DNA of 64,000 bases from Thalia democratica (lineage: Eukaryota). The notes beneath the pieces were generated by a model. That model was not told where the DNA came from. It made no database searches and worked only from the letters and a program-made list of their open reading frames with translations. This document shows positions 35,599-51,710 of the stretch, in pieces. Numbering within the stretch: the stretch's first letter is position 1; each line of letters begins with the position of its first letter. The DNA lies in assembly GCA_965202585.1 (NCBI GenBank), contig OZ241828.1:50654001-50718000 (forward strand), in the 5' to 3' direction. The position numbers and the translations under genes were made by a program.

Positions 35599-37690
35599 CC
35601 CTCGAAATTTAGTTAAAAAAATTTAAGCCATCAGAAAAAAAAATGTTGGGTATATTTATGAACGTTTTTTAATTTTGTGCTAGTTTTTTTTATTAAGTAA
35701 ATTAGATTAAATATTTTATGCTAGTTCCTTTTAGTTTTAAAAAGCAGCAATTTTATAGTTTGTACACGCTAACTTTTTAAAGATTAAATTGCCTTTTTAT
35801 AGATCTTTTTAACCTTTTGATTACTCTTAAAAGCCTTTAACTACGTGTTTTACATGCACTTGTAAAGACTTAAAATATCGTTTGTTACTGAGTTTAAACT
35901 GGTAAAGTATAAAATTTGAACTTTTAAAATTTTTCTGCAGTCTAGTTGTGTTTAAAGGCTTTTCATGTAGTTTTTATTAAAATTTTCAATAGTTAATTCT
36001 CTTGTCGATAAAATACGAATAAGCATCTATTCGAAAACTTTTACAATAAAGTACGAGTACATTAAAAAAAAAAAGAAACGGTTGTCACTTAGGCCATTTT
36101 AAAATAGTAACAAAACTCAGGCTGTTTGAAATAAACTTTTACAAATGAATTTCATTATGTGGTGATCACCATTTTGATTTTATTTATGAATAGAGCGTTT
36201 TTAAGTTTAGCCCATAAACTCTAGCTAATTATATTTAAACTACTATTCCAGCTAGTTTTTGGTGACTTTATATGTTTTTAAAGACTAAGCCCTCTAAATC
36301 ACCGATTCTTAACCTTGGCTAAATTTACCCCTGTGGATAAAATTCCTTGTTTTAGGGGGTAAATTTTCTTTAGTACAAGTTTTGTAAATGAATGTTTATT
36401 TATTACTTTTTTAATTTATAAGTTCGTATTTAACTGTTTTTTTTTTGAGTTAGATAACTCTTTAAATTTTACGATTTTTTATATTTAATAAGCTTAAAGT
36501 TAAAAAAATAGTTTTTTTCCTCAAAATTACATACTACTTCGTATATTGTGGGTAAATTTGGTAATAGGCTTCCAAAAAGGGTAAACATGAAAAAATATTA
36601 AGAAGCGCTGTTGTAAATAATGATTTTATTTTAGTTTCAAAAAGCTTGTAGCATTTAGAAAGTATGGTTTTATTTTTACTTTCAGCAGTTAGTTGCACTT
36701 GTTTAATGTCTTGAAATAAGAACACATTGATTATTTTCTTTTTAAACTTTTAAATTGTCAAAATAGATATCTGCTTAGAAGATAAGCAGGCAAGAAATAG
36801 TTTTACTTAGTTTGAAGATCTTTTCGATAATAAAAAACTCGTAGAGCTTTACTTCTGGTTTATATCTATTTATGACTAAGACTAATTATCTTTAATTATA
36901 CTCGCTCACTAGACATGTATACATAAAGTGTAAAACTTCAATTACGTTTAATTTCTGCTTTAGTATTGAACTGTAACGTAGAAACACAAATTTGTGTCAA
37001 ATTGTTTAAAATAATTAAGCATTTTTAATAACTCTGATAGACTAGTAAAGGAAAATATAATAAAAAATTAACTACTTCTATTATTTAAGAAATTTGTGTA
37101 TATTAGTCATCATTTGTTTTAAAAGTTAATAATTTTTTTAAGTATAAATAAAAAACTAAAAAAAAAAAGTTTAAAAAAGTAAATAACCAGTTATTCAACA
37201 TATAGTCAGTACTAAAGCACATTACTAACTTTACAGTTTTATTACATAGCCTTTAAAACGGTCCGTTTACATTATTATAAACTTACTTTTTAAAATAAAG
37301 AATGTAGCAACAATCGTAAACAAAATGTGTCTTACTATTTTTGAGTACGAAATAGTACTTAAAAAGTATTTTCATAAAGTGTAATATTTAAAGATAAAAT
37401 GTTGTGGTTAAATAAGTAAAAACTTTAGTAAGAGAAAAAAAATATTTTACATTCTGAAAGTTTGTGATTGATGTCACTAATATTTACAAAAATATCGGAT
37501 CAACATTCTTTAAATAATAAACAGAAAATATTAATAATAAGTTTGAAACCTAACATGATCTTAGGAAAACACTACTTTTAGTACATATTTATTCTTGTTT
37601 ATTAAACGACAAAAAAGCGCTCAAAATATTTGGTCCTAGGACCTGGTGCACGAGGAACCTTTCGGTTATCAAGCATATCACTAAGGGGAA

Positions 37691-38296
37691 CGGGTCAAAT
37701 ATGCACGAGGACACTTTTGCACGAAGGATCAAATATTCACAAAGGGGCGCTTTTGCACGAAGGGTCACTTTTACACAAGAGGCCATTTTTGCACGATGAA
37801 TCATTTTTGCACGAGAGTAGAAAATAAACAAAATAAAATAAAAATGTTAAAAAAAACAACGAAATAAGTAGATAAATTAAAAAAAAAAGTTACCGATCGT
37901 GGGTATGGGTTAGGGGTAACAGTGATAGAAAAAATAAGTAAAATTAAAAAAAAATAACAAAAAAACGCATTTAGAAAAAAAAAAGTTTAAATAAAAAATA
38001 AAAACAGTTATCGACCAAGGGTAAGGGTTAGGGTAACAGTGATGAAAAAAAAAACCTAAGAAATATTATCAAAAAAAAAAGACTAAAAAACTACCGACCG
38101 ACGGTAAGGGTTAAGGGTAACAGTGATAGTATAAAAAATGTAATAAAAGCTAAAGTTAAAAAATTAATTAAAAACTTTTAATTTTTCAACCCGTGCAACA
38201 ATGTCTTTGTGCAAAAGTGACCCTTCATCAAAATTGACGCCGTGCAAAAGTGCCTTCGTGTAAAAGCGTTTTTGTGCATATTTGACCCTTCGTGCA
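37691..38296. mobile_element. Foldback/MITE-like element (copy 2)
   Basis: Same structure as 12821-13477 with a shorter left array, so insertion predates the segmental duplication. Confidence 0.7.
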
Positions 38297-38963
38297 GCAT
38301 AGACTTATAGCAATCACTACAATCTTTAAGCTACCTCATAATCCAAAGTACAAAAAGAAAATGGTAAACTTGTTGGTAGCCTAACTAAAAGTAATTTGGA
38401 AAGTGTTTAAAAATATTTAGAGATTTTTAATATTAGTTTTTATTAAAAAACCTGTTATGTTTTAAACAAAGTAAAAATATTTTTTTTAAGCACATGAATT
38501 AAACAAATTTTAAATTTAGTACAAAGTTTTTTACTATCTAAGAAAGAAAAGAGAACACCGATAAAAAACTTAAGTGTGTTATAAATAAAAAAAATCAACA
38601 TATTCAAAAAATATACTAGTGTATTTAGTGGTATGGTATTGATTTACGAATACATTTATAAACAGTTTAGTTTTAGAAAATGGTTAAACTTATTTTCTTA
38701 TCGTAGTCTTTAATAATATAAATTTACGTGTTTAAGAGAGTTTATTTTACTTAAAAGGGATTACAAACTTATGTAGCCACAGAAAATACTCTTAACTTTG
38801 ATTATTTAATGATATGCATGATAATTAAAAGTATTTTTTATTTTGGTTATTCACATTTTTTACCAAAAAAATTGAACGCAATTTTAAAGAAAATATATAA
38901 CCTTGTAAAATTCTAAATATGATTTTCATTTGATTGCAAAAAAAAAACTTTGATATCTCATTT

Positions 38964-40158
<1,195 letters not shown>

Positions 40159-42722
40159 GTTGTTACTAACTTTTACTTGACAATTTAGAGCTAAATTATA
40201 AACTTGAATTTTGTTTTAATTCTTCTCTTATATAGTACATTTTATTCATTGTCTTCTGGCGTAAACATTGACAAGTGGCAAGAATTGCGTTAAATTTGTA
40301 CACGTGTAATGTACAACGTTTCGTTAAACAAACATCTTAAAGAAAAGAAGAACTTTTCACGTGGCTGTGACGTGATTTTTCATCGTAAAATATAAAAATC
40401 TAAATTTTTAAGTAATTACTTAATATCTTTTTTAAATTTGCATAAGTATATTTAGCTAAGACACTTCTTTAAAACTATATTGACTTTATCAAAAATTTAG
40501 AATATCTAAGTAACGTCTATAAAAAACTGCCGCTTTTATGTATAAGTTATATAAGAAAGAACATGCTTTATAGCATTTTGGAGCATTTAAAATTGAAGTA
40601 ATAAGTTGTGACAAGCTTGAGAAAATTTCAGATTAAAATTACAATACGCAGTTTTTTATTAGATACTAACAAAAAAATAATAAACATAGTAATACTTAAA
40701 CTTAAAGAAAGATTTTTTTTATAAAAAATATTCAAAACTTTTTATGCAATATTTGTGTGATGTAGCTTCGAACAATTTAAAGTTGCTAATATAGTTCATT
40801 TACTCTCGGCTAGAAAATAACTACGTTTGGATACAAAATGTTTGTACAATGAACAATGTAGTACAATGTAAACTACAATATAAACATTTAAAAAAATGTT
40901 TACTAACAATTACTAGGCATTAAAAAAAAACTCTTTTACCTAATACATTTACAGCTTTTGAAAAAATCAATTTTTAGTTCTCTTTTTACAGCTGTAGAAA
41001 TATTTTGATTGTGAAATTAAGTAAAATATCAATACAATTTTCACTAGTTAGTTTTATTTAGCTTTTGTAATAATTTAGTTCCATCATTATTTTTGTTGTT
41101 TTTAATACTTATAGATTTTTTTTTTGTCAGGAAGTTTACTTGAAATAAGGAAAAATATGTAAAAAAAAAGTTAATAAAGATTAAAAAAAATGTTTTTTAA
41201 TAAAAACAAACGGAAATTTTTTTTCTTGCCAACTTTAAGTTTTAAGATTTATTCAAAACCACTCCGTTTTTGATAAAAGAATAATTATATTCAAATGAGT
41301 TTTTATTTAAACCAAAACTGTTCAGTACAAAATTATGTTTTATATACCATTATTCAGTGATTATTAATTTTGATGTAACAATTTGTACAAACCAATTAGA
41401 AAAAACTGTTTAGTCATTGTTTTAAATCACTCTTTAAAAACAAATAAAAACTTTACTTTTTCGAGAAAACTAAATGTAAATTTTCAGCTAACTTAGTTTC
41501 GACAATAAGGTTTTTATTTGTTATAAGTATATTACTTTTTTACGCAATACATAAAGCAAATGTAAAAATTATAGTGCAACTGTTTCATGTAATGTATAAG
41601 TTTTACGCAAAATAGTAACTAAAAAACAAAAAAGCAAATATTTTACGTTTCTGATCCTCAACTATTAAATTTTAAAATTAAAACTTGAAGTATATATTGT
41701 AAAAGTAAATTAGTTACACAAAACTAAAAACTTTATATTGCATATTTGTTGAATTGTACAAAACATTTTTATTCAAAAATTAAAGTTTGCTTCCGTCTAA
41801 CAAGAAAACCTACAAAACTTCAATAAGTGAATATAAAGTTTGTTAAATTCTAAAAGTATTTTTTCAATTTGTTCAAAATAAGTAAATAAGTAACTTCACC
41901 GTATTATTACCATTAGCTATTGGTTGTACTCTTTTTATTCTTTTCCAAGGTATCCCAGTTTCACTTTTATACATGCAGTCTTCAAAATAGATTTAATGGT
42001 TGGTTTATTTGAAATTAACCTGAGTTGATAAAAATGTAATTTTTGTCTAAAGGTCGTATTCAATTGTGGTCAAATGTGTAAACATAGCTTTCTGAACGCA
42101 ACTGTCCTCTTTCAAAATATATTTGCAGCTGCTAGTGCAATTCCAATGACTTTGAGCGTTTTGTTTATTGAGGTAATGTGTAAGTTTGCAATATATTAAA
42201 AGCTTACTTCCATGATATGCCAACACAATTTTTTGTTAGCGGGTAGTATTTATTTAAATAGTTTTCAAATAAAAATAAGTTTTCCTCGGAAATTTATTTT
42301 AACTGAGAATTTTAAAGTTAAGAAAATCTAAGTTTTAAAAAAGTTTAATAAAAAAAGTATAATTTTTTGAATGATCATTTAATACTTGAGTTTGTTTATA
42401 TATGTCTACAGTTTTATCTATATCTTAAATAAAATAATTTCTTAACAAAATTTAAATTTAAATCATATTTGAAACAATTGCTTAGGAGAAACTTTTTAAC
42501 TGTCCCAAAAAGCTAAATTAGTACTTATGCATGAAATTAATGTGGTGTAAGATTTTAAATAAGTCATTAAATAATTTCTATACCTGTCAGGTATAGTTAT
42601 TTCAAGCTTAGCTTTAACATTAATTAATATACTAACATTGTTTTAAACAAGTAAAGAGCTTATTACTAAGTTTAAAAGTATGTAACACTGTAGATTTATA
42701 AACGTTGATCATTTGCTTAGAG

Positions 42723-45700
42723 CAGGGTTTCCCAAAGTGGGCGATATCGCCCCCCTGGGGGCGATTTTAGTAAGTCGGGGGGTGATAATTAGTAAGGGGG
42801 CGAAAGGGTGGGCGATAACTAGTAAGGGGGTGAAAAGGGGGCGATTTTAAAATTTATGCTATTTTATTAATTGTAGCTTGCTAACAAATATTTGACCCTG
42901 AGGTTAAACTTAAACAAAAATAGTTTATTTTGTTTATGTAAAATATAGAGAAAAAATCAAGTACTTATGACTCCTACTTTCAAGTAAAATACATACTTAC
43001 ATTCATATATTTTCTTATTTAAAAATTGCATAGATCATAGACGATCGGAATACCTCTGACCATTTTATAACCTGAAATATATGTTAATTTGGATCATAAA
43101 TGGTTTGTAAAAATCTATGTTATATATTCTTAAATTTTTAGGTAAACTGGCAATCCTGTATACTTTTATTCTTATTGGAAATATCATGAGGTGATAGTTA
43201 TATCACTTCATTATATTTCAAATTGTTTTTTAAAAGTTACTAAGTTAGACTGAGAAATAAAACTGTACAGGGTTGCAAATTTACCTAGAAACCTGAAAAA
43301 ACCTGGAATTTGACAATTTAGGCAAAAAAAAAACCTAAAATATCTGAAATTTTTAACAATTTCAACATATTAAGTAGTAAAATTTCGATTTGACACAAAA
43401 AAGCTATCACATAGGTAATAATATAAATCCCTTCGAGACAGATCTTTTCGAAGTAAACGACTTACAGGAAACCTTCTCAGACTTACAAACTGACCTTGAA
43501 CTTCAAGTAAATGTTTCCAAAGAACGATATGAAAGCTTTTGGACTCAACAAAAACTAAGGCAAAAGTATTCAATAATTTGAGAGGAATTTAGATTGTTGT
43601 TTATAGTTTTTCCTTTTAGCTATGTTGTTGAAAAAGCTTTCAGTTCAGTTATCAACATCTTGAGCAAAAGATTAAATCTAGATATTTGTAAAGGAGACTT
43701 TATTTTACTGATTGAGAATCAGATTAGAAAAACTTGCAAGCAGTCATGAAGCTCATCCTTCTAATTATATTAGACTTCAGTAGCAGACATTATTTTATGA
43801 AAGTTTTTTTTATTTTATTCGATCTTTTGAAATACTTCTTATTTAACCTGGTTTGTATTGTATTTAAGTAGTCTTTATATAATAAAAGTTTTATTAAATT
43901 GTTATTTATTCTACAACAGGTTTGTAAAATGCCTAATAAATATTAATTACGGTAGACTTCCTCTTGAGTTCGCACATTTTACCCAAAAAAAAAAAGTGCA
44001 AATTTATAGTTTCTAAAATTTAACTTAATTAAAGTCTATTACTAACTAAGTATTAATAAAAAAAAGATAAATAATATTTAATAGCTTATATAGATCTATT
44101 TTTCTAATGAATGTTTGTTTTATGTTTTAGTTGATTTCGTGTTTATGCATAACGTTATCATTTTATAAAAAAATGACAATAATTATTTGAGTTTGCACAT
44201 TTTGATTTTGTTCAAATTGCGAACTCAAGCGGAAGTCTACTGTATTTATTAAATGGTTTATGTTTTAAACCTGATAATAGTTTTATTTTGACCTGGTGAA
44301 TTTTGTACTTCATATTTGTCGTTTAACATTACACTAAAAGTTTTTATAGCATAGTGATTAAAGTATTTGTTTGAAAGAAATTTATTTGACATATTTCGTT
44401 ATTACTTGTTTAATCTGTATAAACAAAAAAATCTTGATAATCGTTAAAGTTATTTCAATTTTTTTATTGGTTTTAAAAGAGTAAAGATTTGAGGTCTCTG
44501 TTTTAAATGACTTCAAATTTTTCATTTAAAAGATTGTTAAACTCAATTTTATTTTCTAACTTGATTTATTATTGTTAAAAAAAATATATATTAAGGAATT
44601 CTAAACTATTAATACAACTGTTTTTAGTTTTATCTTAATTTTTAATATATTAGCAATTAGATTGTGTTGTTTATTTTAATAGTTCAACACTAGATTTTAG
44701 TTTTTCACTATTTTCTTCTGGTAAATTATTATAGGCTAATGACTAGAGAAAAAATAAATTTAAACAGTATTAAAAAAGCCATCAAAAAGACTGTTACAGT
44801 TACAAAACAAAATTTCAACCTAATTAAAAGAATATTTTAATCGATTACTTTCTGTTCACAGAATTAACTGTAAAACTTTTGATTTTATTTTTTGAATTCA
44901 AATTAAGAAAAAGAAATTGTTAAAATTAATGTTTAGTTTCCTAAAGGTTATTCCAAGTCAAATACTATTTAATGGTGTTCTACTACAAAATAAATAGTTT
45001 AAAAAGTTTAAATAAAGTTTTTAACTTTACAACTAACTTGCTTATAATATTTCTTAGCATTGAAATTAATAATTTTACTGCATTAACTGAAGCTGTTGAT
45101 GAAACCACTTTTCATGTGAGATAATCAACCAGTCGGTCTAACTTCCTAAAACTAGATCAAAAACTATGTTTTAATATTTAATTTATTATATGTAAAATAT
45201 ACTGTTCATTCTTTTATAGTTTTTTAATATCTGTTATAGAAATTTAGAATACGCTTGTTTATAAAATAGTTTAAGTATTTTGTGCGGCTTAAATAAGTTA
45301 CTTAGTATTAACTTCCAAATGTCTGAAATTCGTTATGTGAGAGATTATTATAATGTCAGGTTTAAGTTAAGTTTTCAGATGGGTAACATACGGTTTCGAT
45401 CCAGTCACATTTTGACCTGCTAAGTAACTTGAAAACTACTTGTGCAAAATAAACAAAATTTAGTCTTTTGATACTTAATATTTTGAAATACACTCTCAAT
45501 TTGGTTTTCAGTTCACAATGTTATTTCCTAGATCACAATAATACTAAATAATTTTCGTACAATTTTGCTTGAGCTTTTTAATTTTCATATATGTTATATT
45601 TTTTAATTATGCAGCCCGCAATTAAATTTTTTTAACGAGTTGGAACTAGAAAAGATTTTTTAGTAAATATGAATTGCTGACTACAAAAGTTTATCCACCA

Positions 45701-46046
45701 CTACCCTAAAAGTTTCATTAGTTTCAAAACAATTCATATCTAAACAGGATTAATTACAGATTACTCAAGGCTTTATAATAATTAAGTATTTTAAAACACT
45801 TTACTGGGCTTATAAAAAAACAAATGTAACTTATTTTCTCAAGCCCTGTAAACTACTTTGAACACAGCCCCAAAGTGCGTGCATAAGAAGTACCAGACTA
45901 AATTACATTTCGAACACAACTTTTTCGGCTCAAAAGTTTGTACTCAAGAGAAAAACTACTTTGTAAAATCGTGGGTGGGGGGGGGGGCATTATTTTTCAA
46001 ATTTCTGAAAAGGGGGCGATATATAAAATGAGTTTGGGAAACCCTG
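42723..46046 (+). mobile_element. Non-autonomous hAT element, Buster/Charlie type (3324 bp)
   Basis: 14-bp TIRs CAGGGTTTCCCAAA / TTTGGGAAACCCTG. 8-bp TSD GCTTAGAG (NNNTANNN) at 42715-42722 and 46047-46054. Empty site at 19566-19573 in copy 1. Degenerate transposase C-terminus at ~43400-43765 (..SYVVEKAFSSV..LDI..HEAHPSN-like). Confidence 0.92.
43950..44242. mobile_element. Tc1/mariner-type MITE nested in the hAT element (293 bp)
   Basis: 25-bp TIRs CGGTAGACTTCCTCTTGAGTTCGCA / TGCGAACTCAAGCGGAAGTCTACTG (2 mismatches), flanked by TA on both sides. Confidence 0.85.
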
Positions 46047-48641
46047 GCTTAGAGTATTTAGTTTTTTAGATACTTTTTTGCTAAAAATTAGGTGTCAATT
46101 TTTTTAATATCAAATATGTATTGTTTATATATTTTTTTTGGCTATTATTTACATATATTAATATTTTATAATATTATTACTTTATCTCTTTTCAATTAAT
46201 TGGTTATAGATCCAGCCATTTAAATTAAATTTAGATCCAGCCGAATTCTGATATTAGCAAAAATAGACGTATTCGTTGATCTGGTCCACTAGTTTTGATC
46301 TATTTATCTATTAAAACTTACTTTGCAATATCTTAGAACATTGAATGGTACAATAGTAATAAAAAAACAACCAACAGAAATAAACTTTAACGAATAAACA
46401 ATTCTACAAGTTACTAAGTCGCTTTGAAATTTGTTTTTGTAAACATTTTAAACTTTTAACTTTGATTGTTCACTTTTTAGTATAGTGTTTATTGTTTTTG
46501 AAATAATTTTTGACATAGTAGGATTAATAAAATAATTTTATACAGTAAAAAACATATTTAATATTTTACAATTTATCGTCAACTACTAAAGATATAACTA
46601 TTGTTTTCATCAATTACTTAACCGAAAAAAAGTAAAATACTAGAAAAATTAATATTTAAAGGTAAAAAATTAAATAAAATTGTACATATACAATTATACT
46701 AACTTAAAAAAAGTAACCAGCTGTAAAAGTGAATAAAATAATAAGTTAAAGGTATAGATTAAGGGTTGGCAACGTGCTGGCTGTGGGCTGGATCTTGTCC
46801 ACCAATAGATATTTCTGACCTGCAAATTTTTTTTTATTTTAAAGCATCTTATCTATACCAAAAATATTCGAGCTTTTTTATAAAATACAATTTGATGTGT
46901 GCTCTTGATTTGATTTCTAGTAGGCAGTAGAGTTTAGTAAAGCACTTTTTTTATTGCAACTTTAGTTTAAAAAAGTTTTTGTTTAAATTTTATGATACTA
47001 TTTTTACAGTTAAGCAGTTTACAAAAAATTGTTTTAACAAAATCCGGAACAAAAAAAACTTTAGTTGGTAAATCTGGTCCGTCGACTAAGAAAGTTTCTA
47101 ACAAGTTTAGACTAAAGATAAAAGTTTATTACTTACTTATAGTTTTATAAACAGGTGTTTAAAATCTTTTAACATACGTTTTGAAACTTAAAAAAATTCA
47201 GTTTAAATATATTTGTGTTATTAAGTAAACTTTGTACTACAAACTGTTTCAAAGCTGACTAGTTGTAAACAATTACAATAATTAAAGATTAAATTATAAA
47301 AATTACCGAACATAAGTTAAAAATTAACTTGCTAATTGCTGAAATAAAACATCTAATTGCTGGTTGTTTAGCAATATTAGAAACACGGGTAAATATGTTT
47401 ATTATAAACTTTAAACAGTATCAACATATCTTACTCAACACAACTTACTACTAATATTTGTTTTAGTTAACCTTATTGATAAGTTAATAATTAAAAAAAC
47501 GTATGAAGTTTCTCTACAGTTGAAATACTAAAAAAATTCTTTTTATTGTTTAACAATGGTTTTAAAATGAACTTTATCTAAAAAACATAGAAATTAAACA
47601 GAACCAGTATTTGGTTACATTTCAAAATTTTAACTAATACTCTTTTTTAATCTATGTAAACTTTCCATAAAATTGTTACAAACACAAACTTTTTTTACGT
47701 TAAATTTTATTTAACTTTGTTTTTTAATAGCATTTTAACTCAGGGTTCTATGCTTGGTAATTTAGGTTATACTTTTCAAAAATACATCAATATTTGTTAC
47801 ATTATTTTATTAGTTAAATAATATTTAAACTTTAATGTATACCTGTTCTTACCTTTAAGTTTTTTAAAACGAAGTAGCTAATTTTTAGTTTTTGTCATAA
47901 GTATGTTTTTTATTTTCAAAATATAAATGAGAAGTATTTGAACATTTTTAATTAGAATCTTATGAATGTGTAGATAGTAAGTCTAGTTCTAGCTTGTAGA
48001 TAGATCGAGATCAGTTTTTATATTTACAACCTTTTAGAGATTTCAAGTATATATTTTTTGATGTACAGCGTTTTGCTAGTAGTCTATAAATAAATCCTGT
48101 CTTAGTTTATTTATCAAGTATACATTAGTCTATTTTAACGCGTAATTAATTTGCATGAAAAACCATTTTTATTTATTATAGCTTTGTTTACGTTCTTTAA
48201 AACAAAACAAGCTTTTATTTTTGTTAAAAAAGAAAAACAAGCATCTATTTTGTTAAAAAAAATTAAAAAGCGTAATTGAAAGATGCAGTTCGGCCTTTAT
48301 GATATTAAAAATACTTTCGAAGTGTTTAATACTTTATTCAAACAAGTTGTATCATCATAATTCTAAAACAGGCGTCGGATTTTCTGAGTCCTGCGGGCCG
48401 CAACAAATACTTTTATTTGAAGTGTATACTAAATAAACACATCTTCAAAAGCTGAACTAAACTGTTAAAATTTTATACGCATTCAATCCTCCAAGCCTTT
48501 TTTTATTCTAACTTTAAACTTAATCAAAGTCTTATTTAGAAGATGAATTAAGTAAGCAACTACAACCGTAACATTTACTTACTTAAATAAAACTTTAATT
48601 ACCAAAGGAAAATATGTGAAGTTTCAGAAATTATTTTAAGT

Positions 48642-49997
48642 ATGACAAAAAAAGTGTGCATTATTGGCGCCGGACCTTCGGGCATGGCCCTGATCGGAAA
48701 CTTGAAGAAAATAAGCGCAGAGCAAGGAGTGGAGCTGAAAGTGACTTGCTACGAAAAACAGGAGGAAGTCGGGGGACTGTGGAACTTCACTTGGAGGACG
48801 GGAACGGACAAGTACGGAGAAAACGTGCACGGCTCCATGTACCAGGACCTGTTCAGCAACGGGCCCAAGGAGTGCCTCGAAATTCCGGAGTACACCTTCG
48901 AGCGGCACTTCGGCAAGGAGATTCCGTCTTTCCCGCCTCGGCCTGTGCTGAAGGATTACTTGAGGGGATACTGGAAGTTTTTGGGAGTCGACGAAGAAGC
49001 CGACGTGCTGAAGAGCCACTGTGTTAGGCAGGTGAACTACCGGGATGACAAGTTCACCGTGAAAGTCGCAAACTTGCCGGAAGATTCGGAGTTCGAGGAA
49101 ACGTTCGACTACCTGGTCGTGGCGACGGGGCATTTTTCAGTTCCAAACGTGCCTCAAATTGCCGGCATGAGCAACTTTCCCGGGCGAATTTTGCACTCCC
49201 ACGATTTCAGGAGCGCCAAAGAGTTCACCGGAAAGGACGTGCTGGTGGTGGGAGCGAGTTACAGCGCTGAGGACATCGGGCTGCAGTGCTACAAGTTTGG
49301 CGCCAAAAGCGTCACCACTTCCTACAGGACCAAGCCGATGGGTTTCAATTGGCCGGATACCGTCGTGGAACGGCCTTTGGTTACTAAAATTGAGGGAAAA
49401 ACTTGTTTATTCAAGGACGGCTACAAAAAAGACGTGGACGCGATAATAATGTGCACGGGGTACAAGCACCACTTTCCTTTTATGCCCAAGGAACTTAGGT
49501 TGAACACAACAAACATTTACAACCTGCCCAACTTGTACCGAGACTTGCAGTGGTACGCAACTGATAACAGTCAGAAGGATTGCAACGGCAGGCTTTTCTA
49601 CGCAGGTATGCAGGATCAGTTTTACACGTTTACCATGTTCTCATTGCAAGCCATGTGGGTATCGAATGTAGTTTGCGGTAAAATAAAAGTTCCGGTTGCA
49701 GCCGAGTGCAAGGAAGAAATCAAGAAATGGCTCGATTCTAACAAGGACTTGACGGATTACTTTAAGGAAATTGATTCGCAGACTAAATATTTGCAGCGGC
49801 TGGCCACGGATATCAAGTATGAAAAAGACTTGGACGTTGCTGACATGTTCATTGAATGGGAACATGATAAAGTGAAAGATATTCTGACATACAGGGACAA
49901 GTCGTTTGTTTCAAAGTTTTCTGGCAACAAAGCTCCCGCTCACAAAGCCCCATGGATCAAAAGCTTTGATGACAGCATCAAAAACTACATTCAATGA
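48642..49997 (+). CDS. Bacterial-type flavin-containing monooxygenase, copy 2, intronless, 451 aa
   Basis: Intact ORF. 12 aa differences from copy 1 by hand count. Keeps GMQDQ and FIEWEH, closer to the Methylophaga mFMO sequence as I recall it. Confidence 0.93.
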   Translation: MTKKVCIIGAGPSGMALIGNLKKISAEQGVELKVTCYEKQEEVGGLWNFTWRTGTDKYGENVHGSMYQDLFSNGPKECLEIPEYTFERHFGKEIPSFPPRPVLKDYLRGYWKFLGVDEEADVLKSHCVRQVNYRDDKFTVKVANLPEDSEFEETFDYLVVATGHFSVPNVPQIAGMSNFPGRILHSHDFRSAKEFTGKDVLVVGASYSAEDIGLQCYKFGAKSVTTSYRTKPMGFNWPDTVVERPLVTKIEGKTCLFKDGYKKDVDAIIMCTGYKHHFPFMPKELRLNTTNIYNLPNLYRDLQWYATDNSQKDCNGRLFYAGMQDQFYTFTMFSLQAMWVSNVVCGKIKVPVAAECKEEIKKWLDSNKDLTDYFKEIDSQTKYLQRLATDIKYEKDLDVADMFIEWEHDKVKDILTYRDKSFVSKFSGNKAPAHKAPWIKSFDDSIKNYIQ

Positions 49998-51710
49998 AAA
50001 AAAGCTTAACACTTAACTTGTATTGTAATATAAAACATTTCTAAGAAACATAAATTGTTTTATTTTTAACCATATATATGCTCATAGAATTTAAATACCA
50101 TGTAAAAAGTTTTATTTTAAATGAAGCTTATACTTAGTACCTGTTTGTTCTTCCCAACAAAACACACTTCATTATCTGTATATGTATACTCTGCTTTGAA
50201 TACTAAAAGTTGTTTTATGCTACTTATGAGTCACTATTTATAATTTTTTATATGAACGAGTTTTGTTTATGTGCAAAATAAAAGGATTCAGTTTATTTTT
50301 TGATTTATTTACATGCAACTTTTGTTTTTTTTATAATACAGAAGTTTTAACTAAAAGTTTTAATTGTTTGTATAAAAAACTTAGTGTTGTTAGAAGCTTA
50401 ATATTGTTTCTACTTCTACTTATTTACATGTCAAACAAAACTCATTAAGAAACTAATTTAAAAAATAGCTAGTACAAAAGTTAACTTTACTTAAGTCATA
50501 AGTAGAGTTTTCTAAATTTCAAAAGTAATAATTTTGAACACTGAAAAAACAGTTTTTGTTTCAACTTTAAATGTTATACTTTAGTAGATATGTGACTACC
50601 TTTGATCTAAAATCTAACAACTATAGTTGTATTGTTGTTAGAAAAATATAAGTGAATTGCCACATAATTACTCGACTCGAGTATGACATTAAGTTAATAC
50701 AAACAAACCTTAATCAGTATTCAGAAATCTTATTTATAGAATTCAGGTTGTAACCAGGGTTGTAAAATTAACAAATTGTTATAACATTTTCAAATTATTA
50801 AAATATATTTTTTTATGTTTTTGTTTAAAAATGACCTGTCTTAATTGTAATACAATAACAAAAACATCTAACTTTATTAACATTCTTGGTGTTTTTCTTA
50901 ACAAGTAGAAATAACTAATAAACGCTAAAAATATCATAAGCACTAACATTCATTTGCATTCAAACTATTTATTTTTCCAAACTTGGCTAAATTCAAAAAA
51001 TATTCAACTAGTTTAGGTTATACCATAATCAAAATGTGCTAGGTTTTGTTTTATTACAAAAAATTTCGAGGCTTACTAGTTTTATCTTATAAGAATTTAA
51101 ACTAGTCAAAACCAATAAATTACAACGTTTTATCAAAATATTATGTCACCCATCACATCAGAGTTGCAAAGTTTGTAGTTTTGTATTTTTTTTGCCCTTT
51201 GCACTAAGAATTTTATGCATCTCCTTATAAAAAGTTAAGCGCAATAAACTAATATAGTTGAATATCTAAATTTGAAATATTATTTCTAACGACCATAAAT
51301 CTAATCCATGCTAATTTGTGGCGACATGCTCATCAAAAAATGGCAACTACTCTATGAAAACTACCTAAAAAAACCATAAAACAAAAAAGTAACTTCTTTT
51401 CCTTTTAGTAGCTAAATGTAAATATTTTAGACAATTTTTTGCTTTTAAGTAAATATGAAGAGATTTATTTTTTTCTAAGTAATTTTTATTATCTAGAAAA
51501 TGTAGTTACAAGTTTTGTGTTAAAATACTTCAAACTTATGCTACTTAAAGAAATTTAAGAAGAAACAATAAAAAAAACCATAAGGAAATTTCAAAAACTT
51601 TTTTTTATAAAACATGATAATAACAAAAAACTTTATATAAACAGAAAAATACTCAAAATTTGTTGTGTTAAAAAAACTGTACTTCAATTACGTTAATTTT
51701 TTTAAAGCTT

